DNA of 64,000 nucleotides from Ramazzottius varieornatus (taxonomy: Eukaryota; Animalia; Tardigrada). The stretch lies in the NCBI GenBank assembly GCA_001949185.1, contig BDGG01000011.1, forward strand, positions 1,075,552-1,139,551, written 5' to 3'. The position numbers and the translations under genes were made by a program. Positions 24,966 through 38,869 of this stretch are shown in pieces (the stretch's first letter is position 1; every line of letters starts with the position of its first letter). Below the pieces are notes generated by a model, which did not search any database, was not told the origin of the DNA, and saw only the letters and a program-made list of their open reading frames with translations.

Positions 24966-25983
24966 TCAAACGGGTCCCTGTAGTCGGTTGTCTCGGTATT
25001 CCTTGTAGTGCAAAAATGCATCCACGCCGTACAGGATAAAATTGAAAAAAGCGATAATCTACAAAAAAGAACAGTCAGTTTTCACGAACTGTGTCTAAAG
25101 CCAGAGTAAGTATTTGCGCGAGATATCTTTCATGTACTGGCTTAATTTTGGTGCCGGAAAATTTCAGCCAAAATTCATTTGCTTCACGGGGTTTCGCGAT
25201 AAGCAGCTTCACGAGCTGTTCTCATCACTTGGTTCCACGTCAGAGGGTTTTCGTGTTTGTCATACGGATATCGCTTTCTCTGGTTATATACCTACGTACT
25301 ATAGATCAAAATTTTTATGCTTACCCCAGCGGCCATGTAACGTCCGTATGTGCTACTGCGGCAAACCAGGCTAGTGTCAACTTCAAAGCACACATTATCG
25401 CCCAGCGATGTCCGCGCCACCTGTACACTGGCGGCTATCAGGTAGAAGATGCAGGCCGTTACCGCATAACAAAATTCCTGCAAAAGAAAACAGTTCAGTT
25501 TTTGTAGGTGGAAACCTTCTCGCCGTTTCGAATTAGCCGGATTGTACGTGAGCACAAGATATGAGCGGTTAAAGTCGACGTACGAGGAAGGACCACCGAA
25601 GGCCACCGGGTAGAGCGAAGGATTTAGGAATCCTCGCAAAGTGCAGAAGAAGGAGAATGAAAGTCATGATAATGAAAAATATGGTCACGAAGAGGAAGAA
25701 TTCATTTCCGGAGAAATACGCCTTCCCGCAAACTGCCGCGCAAATGATACCGATTATCTGTAACCAATAACAATGTCAAATTCTTCGGTATCGGTGGCGC
25801 AAAACACTAGCTGGTGCGACAAGATGGGTTTGGACTTACGATTTCGGCAATTTTTAGCATTCCTGGGATAGTCAGGAAATACTTGACATCGATACCCATG
25901 GTCTTGCGTGTGGAGTGGACGACACTTGGATTGGTCGTTGCTGGTGGAGGAACAGCCGAAGATCGAGATGGTTTATTGTCCAT
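24966..25983 (-). CDS. MARVEL-domain tetraspan protein (CMTM/plasmolipin-like); exons 25983-25840, 25757-25584, 25477-25325, 25058-24966
   Basis: YFLTIPGMLKIAEI|IIGIIC...FFLFVT...EFCYAVTACIFYLIAAS...AAG|IIAFFNFILYGVDAF. Four transmembrane segments, all introns phase 0. Confidence 0.88.
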
Positions 25984-28900
25984 TGAAAAGAACAACCGTT
26001 ACGTGGACCGTAATAGATGACCAAATAATCAACGGCGAGATGAGGACTGTAGTTGATCGCAGTTTAGAGATGTACTTCCATTAGGTAGAGAGTGTTGTAA
26101 TGGAATTCTACCGATGCATGCAGTGTGTAGTACGGAAAAAAGTCTCGCTCGAGCAAAAGCGCAGAAAGCACCTTCACGTTTTGGAAGTCAGCGCTTTTCG
26201 GAACGCCCTTCGGTGAATAATCCATCTCGCACGGCAATCCTAGGTTTGGAGCCGGCCGGAGAAGCCTCGCTGTACTTGGTAGTGTTGTTTTGTGGGTGCA
26301 GTTGACGACCGCTGAGCCACAAACCGGTTTCCCCTTTGCTTACCTTACCTTACACTTCTTTTGTGTCAAGAGAAAGGCCAGTACGCCTTAACGCAAGGAT
26401 GCACAATACTATAAAGTTGTGCTAGGGTCCGAATCATCAAAGTAAAGCCGGCTGTAAAACTAAGACGTATGGCTTGAGTGGCGCTTCGTTGTCTACACAA
26501 AGCTACCACGGTTTTGTGTACTCAGTAGGTTACTGGTGGCAATGCAGCCATCTCAGCAAAACTTATTTACTCTCAGATCACCTTCGTAATCAGCGGGATA
26601 CTCAGCTTCGCGAGCCAACTACTCGCCTTCGAACTGTGCTGAGCCTCCAATAGCATGGTAGAGAGTATGACCGTCGTCCATGGAGAACGTTTCTCAACTT
26701 TTAATGTCCAACTGCTTTCGACCTGTGGTATTGCTGACGTCTTGTCACGCCCTAAGGACCTCAGCTAGGGATCTCCTTATCTTTCTCCCACTTATTCTTG
26801 CGCCCTTAGGCAGTAGAAAAATTACGCTCAACGTTGCTTTCACAGCTCGAGCTCAAACCAGAACAAATTCGGACTAGAGTAGGAACTGATGGGTTGCAAC
26901 ACAGTTCGATACCGCTGAAAAGATTCTGGATACGGAAAGAAGTCCCATCTGCGCAAGTCGCGCCACCTTCTGGCAAGAGAATTCCAGCGGGGACGTAGGC
27001 ATTAGGCTGGGCTTGCCGATATCCAATGAAAAAGAATTTTCCACGGCACGCCACACCTCTTGAGAATCTTATTGGTAGCCTGCTGGTGGGTCCTCCCTGT
27101 GCCATCGCATGACTCACTGTCGCTGTCTGGCACTTTCAATTTAATCCAGCGTGAAACGGCGTGCGCGACAGTGTGTCTTCTTTCCTGTCTATCAAGCGTA
27201 AATTTTTGTTGGAATGCACCTACTTCTCAACTTCGTTTTTTGCTGATGGAACAATCTTCGCGATTTCACGAACGTCATATCGGGTGATTGTGCTGGAATA
27301 TCTCCCGGAACTCCACTACTCAGATCTCCAGAGGAAGATATCGATCGGAATCATCATCACGGTATGTCGCTTGATTTTAGTTTAATTCGTTGATTCAGTC
27401 TCTTTGACAGACAGGCATTCGTTCGGAGCTCAACATATTCTTTATCATACGATGGGAGTTTCCTTCAATTTGTTGGGTTGCCGTACACCGAAACAACGCC
27501 ATGAGGGAAAGCTTATCGAAAACGGCGCCGTCTTGGCTAAATGCCAAAGCGACGGCGTGAAGTGAAGAGAATGAGCCAGAAGGCTTTAGACGGACCGTCT
27601 GGCTTTCCCTTGTCAACTCGCGCATGACGTCACATAGTCTCCGATGTATACCGCGCGTGTGTGGAGTTGAACCGTTGGGCTGCATGATGTCATGCGCGAG
27701 TTGATGATGGTGTTGGGTCGTCAGTGAACTGCAGTACCGCGCCTCCGGTCTGTTGTCCAGGTTATTTCTGGCTTCTCGACATGCAGTCAAGCGTGACGCC
27801 AACGCAACTCAAGACACTTTTCGGTGGATTGACAACGTACTATTAGGGAAGAATGCTCCGCGAGAGAAACCTCAAATTTGTGGAGCTGTCGAGAAGTTAC
27901 GGCGTCTTGTGACTAAAGACGCCAGCTGATGATTAACATTTAACACTGTGGCGCTTTCTTTCTCTGACGCTACAAAATGGTAATTTTATTTGTCAGTTTT
28001 TGGAAAGCGATAAGATTAGATAGACGAGAATCCCACTTGAAATCTTTTTGGAAAATAGAGTTGGTAAGGCCTGACCGCAGATGAAAGAGAGTACAGTAGA
28101 AGTAGATTACAAGTTCATGATTGCAGCTTTTGCAAGTCAGGGCTTTATATAACGAGATGTTAATCATAGCGCAGGAAATATCTCCAGGAGAACCTCTTTT
28201 GCGAAATCTGAAGAAGACCGTGAGCTTTCTCGTTTTTGATTCGGGCATATGTTTGAAATTATTGTTCTTCAGGCCGGTCTTCAGCATCGTTTGACAGCCA
28301 CGATTAACGGCTTTTATGCCCTTTCGACTGCGACTCGTTCCGAGTAAACCGACCGGTTTCCGATAATGTACTCTTGAATTCTCTTGTCACGAAGTTTATC
28401 CATTGAAAAACTGAATGCCTTTTCTTAACCATAATGCAAGTAGGAGGCAAAGGGGAGAAGCAGAGGGAATCGTTAGAATTGCTGGAGTTGCTAGTTGGAA
28501 TTTTATTGTCTCAGGACATACAGCAAATTCATTCATAGTCTTCCCCGAAGACCTCAAAGGAAGTACCCCAACGGCTTTCGAGGGTACAGTATCGATCACG
28601 TTGGCGCTATGACAAGGCTCTTTTGCTGTTTGGCAAAAGAACAGTCTGGACGTTGTTCGTCCTGCGAACTTCCACTTGTCAGCCTTTTCTGCATGATGGG
28701 TTCCTGATTTATGATCTACGACCCTCAGCAGTTCCACTCATGACCACTTGTTGTGTCTACTTTACCCTCTGAGTCAGGCTGTGAAAAAGTGGCCATGGTC
28801 AGCACGTTTCAAGTTGCAACACCCGTGAAAGATCATAGGTCAAGCAATGATACGGCAGAAAGACAACAAACAAGTGGTAGTGCGCAGTCACATGCTACGC

Positions 28901-29698
28901 TTTTATTTGCAAGCTCGGAAAAGAAGATCGATTGGATTCTCGTCCCGAGTAGCGCAGTCGTGCAGCCAACATAACCACATACGAGCGCCATTTGAGAAAC
29001 GTGCAAGATTGTGCTCCAGAGTGGCGCACGCTCATGGTGTTATTGGGTGGGAGTGTGCGCCACTTGATGGAACTATCTTGTTGAGCCTTTCTGCCGAGCT
29101 CTGATTCGGCATGGTATCACGTGACGTGGGACTTTGCGACATTGCGGGGGTGACTAACAAAGGGACACGCATGACATAGGCGTTTCACGACTTGACGTCA
29201 CGCGTCAAGTTTTCCGGAAACCCTCTCGAAATTGGCAGTCTGCGCATCATTATCGTAATGAGAAAGTGCTTGAGAAGGTTTTGGCGCACTTGAAGACAAG
29301 GGTTCAAGTTCACCTTCGCCATGAAGGAAATCGATGAACAGACTAATTTGAATCTCTGACACAGCAGTTACGTTTGTCAATAACGAGTAGGGACAAACAT
29401 ACTCACTTTCTGTCAAAGAGATCCAAAAAGAACCCTCGTACAGTTCACTGGCTAAATATTGATTTTGTGGCCTTGCAGATTTTGCATCTTCCTGGCGACG
29501 CTCGGCGGATTTGAACCACCGCACGTAACAGTCCTTCTTCATCTGTACACTTTTCCGATAAAAAACATAGCTCAGGCTGAGACTTGACCAGGAAGAAGTC
29601 GATCAGAAACTGGACCGTTGGCGGCTGGGAAGCACCTGTGTTATAGTGCCTTTGATTGAACAATTCGATGAGAACGTTTCACTGTTCGTCTGTCACAG

Positions 29699-32607
29699 AC
29701 GTTACGGTGGCTTCCCAGCAAGAATCACCTACCAGCACACCGTTACTGGAAAAGACGGACGTGGTCGCTGTTGGTAGGTTTTTGTCTTGATTGCTTGATT
29801 AAGTTCATAGGGAATATTTCCTTGTGTTTGCAGGTAACGGTCCTTCGGCGTTGACGTTGAGTTTCCTCCTCAATGGTAACTGGCCTTATTACGATGGTCA
29901 GCATCCCGATGAAGTCCTCCACGCTCGTCTCTCCCACGAGAAGGAGCAATCAATCATCGAAATGGTAAGCGATTGATTAGAATGAACGAGGTGTGTCACG
30001 CGCTGCCAAGTTTGGGTCCTCGCGTCGTTTCCGGGTAGTCGTTTATCAATGTCGGTGGGGTCAATATGAAGAGAATAATTGCTGCCCGTCGGCTGCTTTG
30101 GGTGGTATCGATCGGAAGGTGGAAATTGATTATGAGGTGGTTGTGCTCCTTTTTTGTAGGACTTTGCCGAGCTGTGCGCCGACATATCAGGGCAATCGCG
30201 CAATGCTGTGGCCAATCTCTTTGACCAACTTCTCCATCCTTCCTCCGGCTTTGGTGACGTCAACCTCCAGTCTTGTGTCAGCTGGAAGCCGGTAGCGGCG
30301 AAAATACCCCATCTGATTCTAGGTATGCAGAAGAGGCTCGAAGAATCAAAGCCGAGACAATCGGAAATTAGAATGGGAGTTCGGCAGACAGCCCCGACAA
30401 GATGTTCATCAAGTGGCGCACTCTGTCAGTGTTCCTCGCTAGATGCGTGGGCCACTTGGGAATTCGACAGGATTATTTCCCCAAGTAGCGCAGGCTTCCA
30501 TCCAGCAACACTAAAAACCTGCGCCTCTTGGGAAACAATCTTGTCCACTCCCAAACAAAATGAACAAAAATCGAAAGTATTTACAAAAAAAGCTAGAACT
30601 AATGTAGAGACCTTTGAATATCGACCGACAGCTGGCGAAGGTCGTCAGATTCGGTATTTTAAATTGGGAAATCTTTTCACCTATTGGTCTTTGTTCGAAG
30701 CCGGAAGTTGGATTTTCTCGTCGATTTTCGACCGAGTTTTCCAAATATAATTTCCGGCTTTTCCATTTTCAGGACCGGATCAGCCCGGTGGAGCCTGGCA
30801 GAAAATGCACGGCAACAAGAAAGCTCTCAGTTTCAACAACTGGCTAGAACTGCCGGGGTTGCCGGTGGCAGAATGGGCGCGGCGGAAAGGCTGTAGTCGA
30901 AGGCTGCTAGACTCGTCGCGACTTCCGCTGTGTGCCTGGAAAGCCTACTATAGAGACTACCCCATCCATGTGGGCATTGAAGACAACCTCCGCTTGGGCT
31001 ACCACGTCACTTCCGTCCGACACCTGAAAATACCCCACAGCAATGAGGAGACCGGCGAGTATGATGAACTGACCAAGGAAGAAGGGTCCTCTTTCGTGGA
31101 GGAAGGAGACGAGGAATACCCGTGGGAAATCAGAGGTATTCGCTCCATTCCAGAATCCGATGTCACAGAGGAGTTTCTTATACACGCAAAGAAAGTCGTC
31201 CTCGCCACAGGTGATATTCTGAAAGCCTTCAACTGATCCAGAATTAATTTTTATTTCCGCACAAATTTCTTGCCAAGATTGTTTTCCCAGTGGCGCATCC
31301 TACCAGTGTTATTCACCGGTGCCGTGCGCCACATCGGAAAACTATCTCATCAGGTCGCTCGAGTGGCGCACGTTCATTGTGTTTTTGGCTGAAACAGTGC
31401 ACCACTTAGAAGAACCATATTGCCGAGTTCTTCGTTGAGGCCCTGGTATAGGTAAACATAAAATAGAGGAATTGGGACCGGACTATATTTCCACTCCTCC
31501 GATAGTGGGTTCTGATTGGGGTGTTTGGTTAACCCAGGTACCGCTGAAAATCCCAAACAGCTGAACATTCCCGGGGAGTTCAAGTCCTGGACCGGCCACA
31601 CTTACGACGACCTGCACAACTACGTCGTCGAGCACTCGATCGTGGACGACGAAGGAAAGACCGAAGTGGACTCGGACCTGGCAGAGACTGATGGCCTGGA
31701 CGGGAAGCGGTGTTGGAACCGCGTGTTAGTGGTCGGAAGTGGTCTCACCGCCGCAGACGCTGTCATGAAGGCCTTGAATGCGGGTTGTCATGTCTACCAC
31801 CTCTTCAACACCAAGCACAGCGTACTGGCACAGCTCAGCGACCGACTTTATCCCGAATACAGCGCCGTATGGTAAGATCGATGCAACATAACCAGAAAAC
31901 AAGCTTGTCGAATGAGCGATGTATCGAACTGAACATGAATGATTGGAGCAGAAAAAGTTGACAACAACCTTTTTCCCAAGTGGCGTACGCTTCCAGCCAA
32001 TGATCACGTGCACGTGCGCCACTTGGGACAGCAGTCTTGCCAAGCTTTAGATTGTAATTTGAGTTTCCGACTCAGTGGGTATATCACATCAACCAATCAA
32101 TCAAAATTTTCGAATAGTCTGATAGTTTGGGGCGATTAATTGATTTGATAGTTGTGGTTGATTTGCAGGAAAATGATGATCGGTGAGCGGCCTTCCGGAG
32201 TTTGCGGGTACTACACGCCTTTCGCCAACGGTCGCATCAACCGCATCATGCACGACCATCGGGTCAGTGTGGAGAACGCCAAAGGAGTGGCCATCACGCT
32301 GGAAGCCATCGACTACGTCTCCATCTTGATCGGCTCGGCCCCAACACTGGGCTATGTCCAGGCGGAAATCAGCCGGACCCTGCCTGTCAAAGCCGGTCAG
32401 CCGTTGGACGCCAAGCGTAACCCTGTCGCCATTGACCAACTAACACACGAGTGCTTCTACCAACCCGGGATGTTCGCCCTGGGCCCGCTCTGTGGGGATA
32501 ACTACGTCAGATTCATTCCAGGTGGCGCTGTAGCGGTGGCCAAATGTCTGTTTGACCAGCAGAGGAACGTCATGACGACTGCGGAAAGAGATGTGCTGAG
32601 TCGGTGA
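29699..32607 (+). CDS. OSGIN: Oxidative stress-induced growth inhibitor (OSGIN1/2, OKL38; FAD-dependent oxidoreductase); exons 29699-29773, 29834-29964, 30160-30322, 30773-31210, 31538-31871, 32169-32607; start exon not resolved
   Basis: DVVAVGNGPSALTLSFLLNGNWPYY, ANLFDQLLHP, PGGAWQKM, VVLATG, VLVVGSGLTAADAV, YPEY, GMFALGPLCGDNYVRFIPGGA are OSGIN-family motifs. Splice phases are consistent. Confidence 0.9.
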
Positions 32608-34239
32608 AAGAGAAATAAATTGTAGCTACTTTGGTTTGTTGGATTTATTGGTTGGTGCTATCGTATACTCGCGCTTTTGTTGCTTTTGGGGGGAAGAATT
32701 TTAGCAATGCACGCACTGATATAGAAAGAAATGCTCAATGGTGGGAAAGAATTTGGATGGCTGGGGTGGTTGATTGGTTGTATTTATTACGTTTATTGTT
32801 TACTGCTTCAGTGTAAAGTATGCTGTTGTTTCTTACAACCTTGGTTTTTAACTGCACGTCTATTTATCATCCTTGTAGAAATGTCCGTCGAATAAAATAT
32901 TTGAGCAGTTGGGAGGATGTCGTGGAAAACTAAGGGATCACTCTGGTAACGCAATTTGACAGGACTGTTGGCCCATATTGGCAGCGTGACGGAGGGGGAA
33001 TTGTCTGTCAACACGAGATTCAGGATTCAGGACAACTCGAGATTATTCCAGAGTGGCTTGCCACACAAGTTGAGTCGACTTCATCTGCATTCACGACGCC
33101 AACACTTGTCGTATCTGGTTTCGCGCCAGTAGATGTGGGTCAACCTGCGTGGTCTGATAACATTCAGGGTTCCCGCGATTACGACCGTAAGCCGTACGGC
33201 TGAATAAATTATCCGATTCCAGCTGTGGTACAACTACAGCTCAAAGATTACGAGGGCGCTTGCGAGAGCGTCGATAAAGAACACGGCCCGAGTTTAACAA
33301 TGAAGAGCAAATAATCGACGAACCACCAATCACGGCAAATAGTCACCACCTCATTACTCCAGTCCAACCTATGTACCTCACTTGGCTAACTTACTTGGAA
33401 AGCCTTTCCAGCCCCGACCTGGCTCCACGGACACAAAGATGTCAGGGGACGTTCGAGTCGAGAAGAATAGTTGTAGAAGCACGAGCCGTCTCCGTCGTCG
33501 GACGATTCGTTCGAGCGAGGACCTTCAGCCTTGAAGGAACTCACTTCCTGATTCCAGACTGCGAAACTGTACTCTACATGTTACAATACTTCGATTTTCG
33601 GTGGTGCCCAGAATGCGGTAGCTTGTTCTTCGCCGGTGCTGTCCTTGAGTGGATTCGACGCCAGATCGGCCTATACGGTCTTTGCCGAACAAATTGCTTG
33701 TCGATTGCAATAAAAATGACTTTGCACCAAGGATAAGGCGCCCTGATCGCTGGCACGCGCACAGCTTTCCGTCAAGTGGTATCCATTTCTAAAGTGGGTC
33801 CGTCTTTCCGGTTGTGGAGGCCTGTGGTGGCCACTTGACCACCTTCAAGTACGCAGACTGACCGGCTGTTTGCAACGCCTTTTTGCCTACCAAACAGCGC
33901 TTTGCCTCGCTTGATTGGGCAGCTAACTTGTGCCACGCCTTGCATTCGAATGGCAGTACGTCCTACGCAGCGCGGGTCATCTAGAGCCGCAAACCCTACT
34001 CGGTACCAGAGTCCGTAGGCGGAAGTTCCATTAAGATTACAACTTTACTCACACTGGTTCAACATCGCAGTATTTACCCAAGCAGCTGCTGCAGCTTAGC
34101 ACGGCTTCCACTGCTGCGAGAAACATTTCCTCCCCGCGTTGCTCGTGCTCCGCCATCGTAAAAGTCTCTGAAAGCGATTACGATGTGTTTCACTTGTTTA
34201 GATCGCGCTTGAGCTTTCGCGTTCTTGTAACTTCCCACC

Positions 34240-35701
34240 ATGGATTACAGCACGCTGCTTCCGGATCCCTGGACGACAGCCGAGACGACGGCTGTTGCTT
34301 CCAGTCACAGTCCTCGAACTTCTTCGGCTTTCACAGTCCTTCCGCATTCCATACCGACCGCCATGTTCAGACATCCTACCCTAACTCGACCTGCTAGTGA
34401 CTGGGACAAAGCGAGGAATATATATGGCATCGCCTGGGACCTACACATCTATGCGATTGGTAAGTTAGAAATCTTGAGCTTTCGCAAATTCTTCTTGATG
34501 TTAATGATGCGATGATGATACGGTGGGTTGTATTTGCAGGTTCGCTTTTTGCGGTCGTTTCATTTTACAGTTTGATATGTACCCTAAAATTATGTCGGTT
34601 GGCGTTACCGTCCGCAGTACGCTGTTATTTTATGCTCTTACATTTTATACTGATGATATTCGGAGTGATGCGCGCCGTCTTTCTCTTGTTGGACCCTTAC
34701 AACGCCTCCAATGTGCTACCACCTGCCGTATCAGCTGCTTTCCTACACATATCTTTTCCATGTCTGACACTGGCATTCTTGATGGTGCTGGCTGCGCTCA
34801 TACGGTACCTGATTACGTCATTATCGACAAAACATATACAAATTATGTAACCGTCATGTGTTCATAACTAAATTTGCTATTTTGTTGTAGAGCTGCGCGG
34901 ACAAAATTATCCCGAGCCGGCATCGTCAACGGCTGTCTGTTATTAGGGATAGTGGTTGTCAATTTCACATTCGCCATCGGGGCCGAAGTCTGCGTGGAGT
35001 TCCTCCGGTGGAATACAGTTGCGGTGGCCTCGCAGACTTACTTTATCGCATGGAGTGTCGGTTTAGGCTGTGGATATTTGTTCATGTGCAATAAACTCTT
35101 GTCAGCTGCAGATGACGTTGACAGCTTGGCTACCTCGTCGACACAACCTTCACGCCGAGTGGCAACGAGTGTTCACATCACCCTCATTGCCGCCCTACTG
35201 CTACTTATCTTTGCTAGTCTTCACATCTTTGGGATGGTTATGATCTACGAATACTTTCGAAGTGAATCGGCAACCGAGCCTGTGACGTATCAGCCATGGA
35301 TCTGGTATGGATTCCACACCGGCACAAGAATCACGGAGTTACTTCTGTCAGCGCTGTTGGCTTTCGTGGCTTCGTTAACCGTATGGTCAGATGGCCCTAA
35401 AGAATCGCGGAAACAAGCAACTTTACCGTGGTCGCCTGTCAATCCCAGTGAAGCAATGAAGCAACAGCATGTGTTGCTCAGCGAACCAAAACTGGTGGCG
35501 CCCTCTTCGCCTGGTTTTTTTGGACCAAAACATCGCAAAGATTTTCCGGTGACGTTCAATCCCGAAAGATACACGCCGGATGACCAGAACTTTCAACCTA
35601 GGTACATGATAAGCCGGCATGGAAACTCGACGGGAAGGAAACCCGACAGCGTACTGCTGGAAACGAACCCGATCCATAATGATCAAGAACGTTACAACTA
35701 G
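34240..35701 (+). CDS. PRRT3/PRRT4-like multipass membrane protein; exons 34240-34459, 34540-34804, 34891-35701
   Basis: DW..AR..YGIAWDLHIYAIGSLF, RAVFLLLDPY, FPCLTLAF and PWIWYGFH..RITE motifs; about seven hydrophobic helices; phase-compatible introns. Confidence 0.7.
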
Positions 35702-35879
35702 GGTTATTAGTTGTTCGGTCTTGCCGTTTTTCTTGTAAGCAAAGGGAACTACCTCGATATCCAACTTGAAATGATAGTGGTACCATACGACATCTTTGAC
35801 AAAAAATGACAGGATTCGCGGAATGTTGGGAAAAAGTCAGTATTTTGGAACAAATGTTTCTCCCTGTCAGGAAGGCGAC

Positions 35880-35987
35880 AGAATCGCCCTTTTCCGCCAA
35901 ATGAGACAGAATTGCCCTTTTCCGCCAAATGCAAATGTGCTAGGATGAGTCCCAGATTTGCATTTGGTGGAAAAGGGCAATTCTGTC
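35880..35987. repeat. Short direct plus inverted repeat (hairpin), probably a MITE end
   Basis: gaat(c/t)gcccttttccgccaaatg occurs twice, followed by its reverse complement catttggtggaaaagggcaattc. Confidence 0.6.
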
Positions 35988-37755
35988 GGTTTCGTGACAC
36001 TGACCGTGGACAGTTAGGTAAGTGGGCCGTGTTGGACGCTGAAGCAAAGGCATGAGGATGCCGACACGTCCATCGCATCCGCTGACGTCACAATTCACCA
36101 AAAGCTAATTGTAAAACAAGAAAAGAGTAACAGAAGAGAGATAACACAAGATCGACAAGTGACATAGGCTAGTTGGACCGCACATCATATGGTGACTACC
36201 ATGAAGGCCGATCACTCATCTTAGGCAGTGGAATCGGGAGAAAGAGGGACTAAAAGACAGGAAACGACCGCCGAGCATGAGATGACAGAAGAAGGCAGGA
36301 AAGCCACACTCTAGCTTCGTCGGACAACATAGAACAAAGTCAGTCAGGTAGCCGGTGATTCACCCCACATCCTCTAAATCTGACGACTAAATCTGACGCG
36401 GAAACTGGGGGGCGAGGGAGAGTATCCCCTAATTTTACGTAAGATCAATCAAATTATAATAGATTCGGGCAGCGCTTTTATGTTCGATGCAGCAAGTCGC
36501 AGGGTGCTCCGCAAGGGAGGCCTTTGCCATTAACTTCGGGCCATACAGTATCATCCCTGGTTTTGACGGTCGGAAATTATAAAGGAGTCGGTGAGTAAAC
36601 AGAAACCAACTTGTCTATTAAATCTTGCTGGACTGAAGCCTACCAAATAGTGCCAATCTACTGGACCGCCCCGAAACTGATTCTGGGCAAACCGCTTGGC
36701 CGAAGCCAGAAACGGCAACCTGCTTCTGCTGTATAGCCCCAAGTTTGATACGCAAGGGTCGCCTCCGATGCTTTATATTGCGCACTTGCCAAGGCGATTT
36801 TTTTCTCGGCGTTTTATACACGAGGTAAAAGACTGGGAGTATTCCGTTGGTTTCATGTCAGAGTCACCGCGAAAGACCGCTATTCTTTTTCCTGCTCAGA
36901 CTGAATTCAAACTTTTCGGTAAGTGTATGGATCTACCAAAATTTTCCCACAAATAGGGTGGGGCCAGCGATCACCTTACGTGAGGCTGGGAGGCGGTCCT
37001 CGAAATTCTGACCAGATCGTACATGAGGGAGGGTACGGGTCGAGAAAGTCCAATTTTTACCTTACGTAACACTATGGTGGGCCCTAAGTTGGACGTATTT
37101 TGGAAATTCGTAGTCAAATCGCTTCTACCTCTAAAATTTCATACGTCAGCTCATTCGACAGAGTACGTTTTCAGCTTCGACTTTTGTGAAGGTCTCTTCA
37201 ACAAAACAACGATCGTCTGATTGTTGTGAGTTGTGCCTGTTACGGTTGAGCTTCTGCCACGCTTAAGTTACGGGCAACTGGGGAGTGCCAGACGGTTTCG
37301 GAGTCACCAACGACGGGAACGTACAGGTCACAGTACATGATTGATTAAGCTCCTACGGCAATCTTGAGCCGTTCGGCGCTCTGTAACTGCTTGTAATTTG
37401 GGGTCGCAGAAGTTCGGCCGTGGCGGGCATCGCGGTCGGCAACAGGAGATAAATGCTCCACTTGAGGGCGGAATCCATCTCCAGGTTACGCAGTAGTATG
37501 ACAAAGTTGACTGCAGCTCAAGAAGTCGCGTGGTGCTCTAGTTCAAAAGGTACGGTTTTTCACCGAAGTCCCAGCTTTGAAGCGTGCGGTCGAAAACGTT
37601 ATCTTATAGCATTTCAATCGCGGAGCTGAGACGGCCTCTGGTTCGAAAGCCCCAAAAGCCTCGCCCGAATTCCGGCTGGGTAACGGGTGTATCATTCGAC
37701 CGCATATAAAAGTGCACCGGGAAAGTCGCAAACCCACTTGAAACAATGACGTGCG

Positions 37756-37782
37756 TAGATAGATAGATAGATAGATAGATAG
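37756..37782. repeat. (TAGA)n microsatellite
   Basis: tagatagatagatagatagatagatag. Confidence 0.9.
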
Positions 37783-37929
37783 CTTTATTGAGCCTCGACA
37801 ATCTTGTCGACGGCTTCCTCGATCGTCAGAGGATAACGAAACACAAAGATACAGTACTAACAGCTTTGGCAAGTGGAAGCGATCAAGACTAACTTCAGAA
37901 GATCGACACATAGAAATTACAATCCAAAA

Positions 37930-38869
37930 TCAGGCACCAAAAAGGACGTGGAAAACTCGCACAACCATAGCAGGGAGGGCTAACCACCAAACAACGAATG
38001 AGGGAGCGTTCTTTCCGCCTTCGTCCAGGTGCTCACTCGACCATTTCCATGTCCTACTGGTTCCGTCGCTCCCGGTTTGATGCTCGAGCTGGTCCATGTG
38101 TGTGGTTGGGTTTTTGCTGTCCGTCGCGAGGGTCTTCTTCGCCGACTTGGGCTCGCCCTTCGAACCTGATAGTACCGACGGGAGGTTGATCCGCCTGGCT
38201 CGGCGGGTCGAGGTACTGATGGCTTTTCGGGGCCACCCTCCTCCACAGTTCCGGGGGCAGTTTCCCCGTTGTCCGTCACTATCACGTCCACTTCCCTGGT
38301 GGCCGCCACTTCCACTGCCCCGTCCAGCGCCACGGCCGCCCCCACGACCCCCGCCGCGTCCGTCAGAGCCATAAGCACCGCCACGCCTACCGTAGCCCCA
38401 ACCTCGGTTTCTGTTTGAGTTACGGTGGTGAGGCAGTTGATTGCCGAGTCGACGGTGAGCGAAGGGCTTGCGCGATGGGCCGATCGACCCCAAGTTGATC
38501 TTCACATCCGGTTGACCCGTACCGACGGGCTGTTGGTAACCGCTGATGCATGGTAGCAGCTGGCTTGAGGGACGCGAAGGCTTGACGGCTGGATGGCCGG
38601 AGCGCCGTGGCTGATGGATGGAACAGCCGGTTGGGTCGCTGCGGTGGCCAGTTGGTTCGCTGCCATCCCCTGTAGGATCAGCCACTCATCGGCTGTGAAT
38701 CTCGGTTGAGCGAGAGTTCCCAGCAGAGGCGCACCCGCTGAGGGACCGAGGGGAAAGCCAAACGAGGTCCTAGCGGGAAACCCATAGGAAATCCCGTGAT
38801 CAGTCCTGAAATTTGGTAAGGAGCATAGGCTCCAATCATTCCTCCAAACATGCTGAAGGGGAAATTCAT
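37930..38869 (-). pseudogene. Frameshifted low-complexity (Pro/Gly, RGG-rich) orphan ORF, probably mobile-element derived
   Basis: Overlapping ORFs in three frames (38678-38869, 38502-38885, 37930-38685), GC-rich, with GRGGGRGGGRGAGRG. Followed on this strand by AATAAA and a (CTAT)n tail. Confidence 0.35.

Noticed and set aside
29699-32607. Horizontally transferred bacterial oxidoreductase
   Set aside because: The motifs match the animal OSGIN family and the gene has at least five canonical introns.
36410-37090. Complete DNA transposon bounding the 37-42 kb island
   Set aside because: Only one TIR-like end (ccttacgtaacactatggtgggccctaa) was seen, with no matching partner or TSD.
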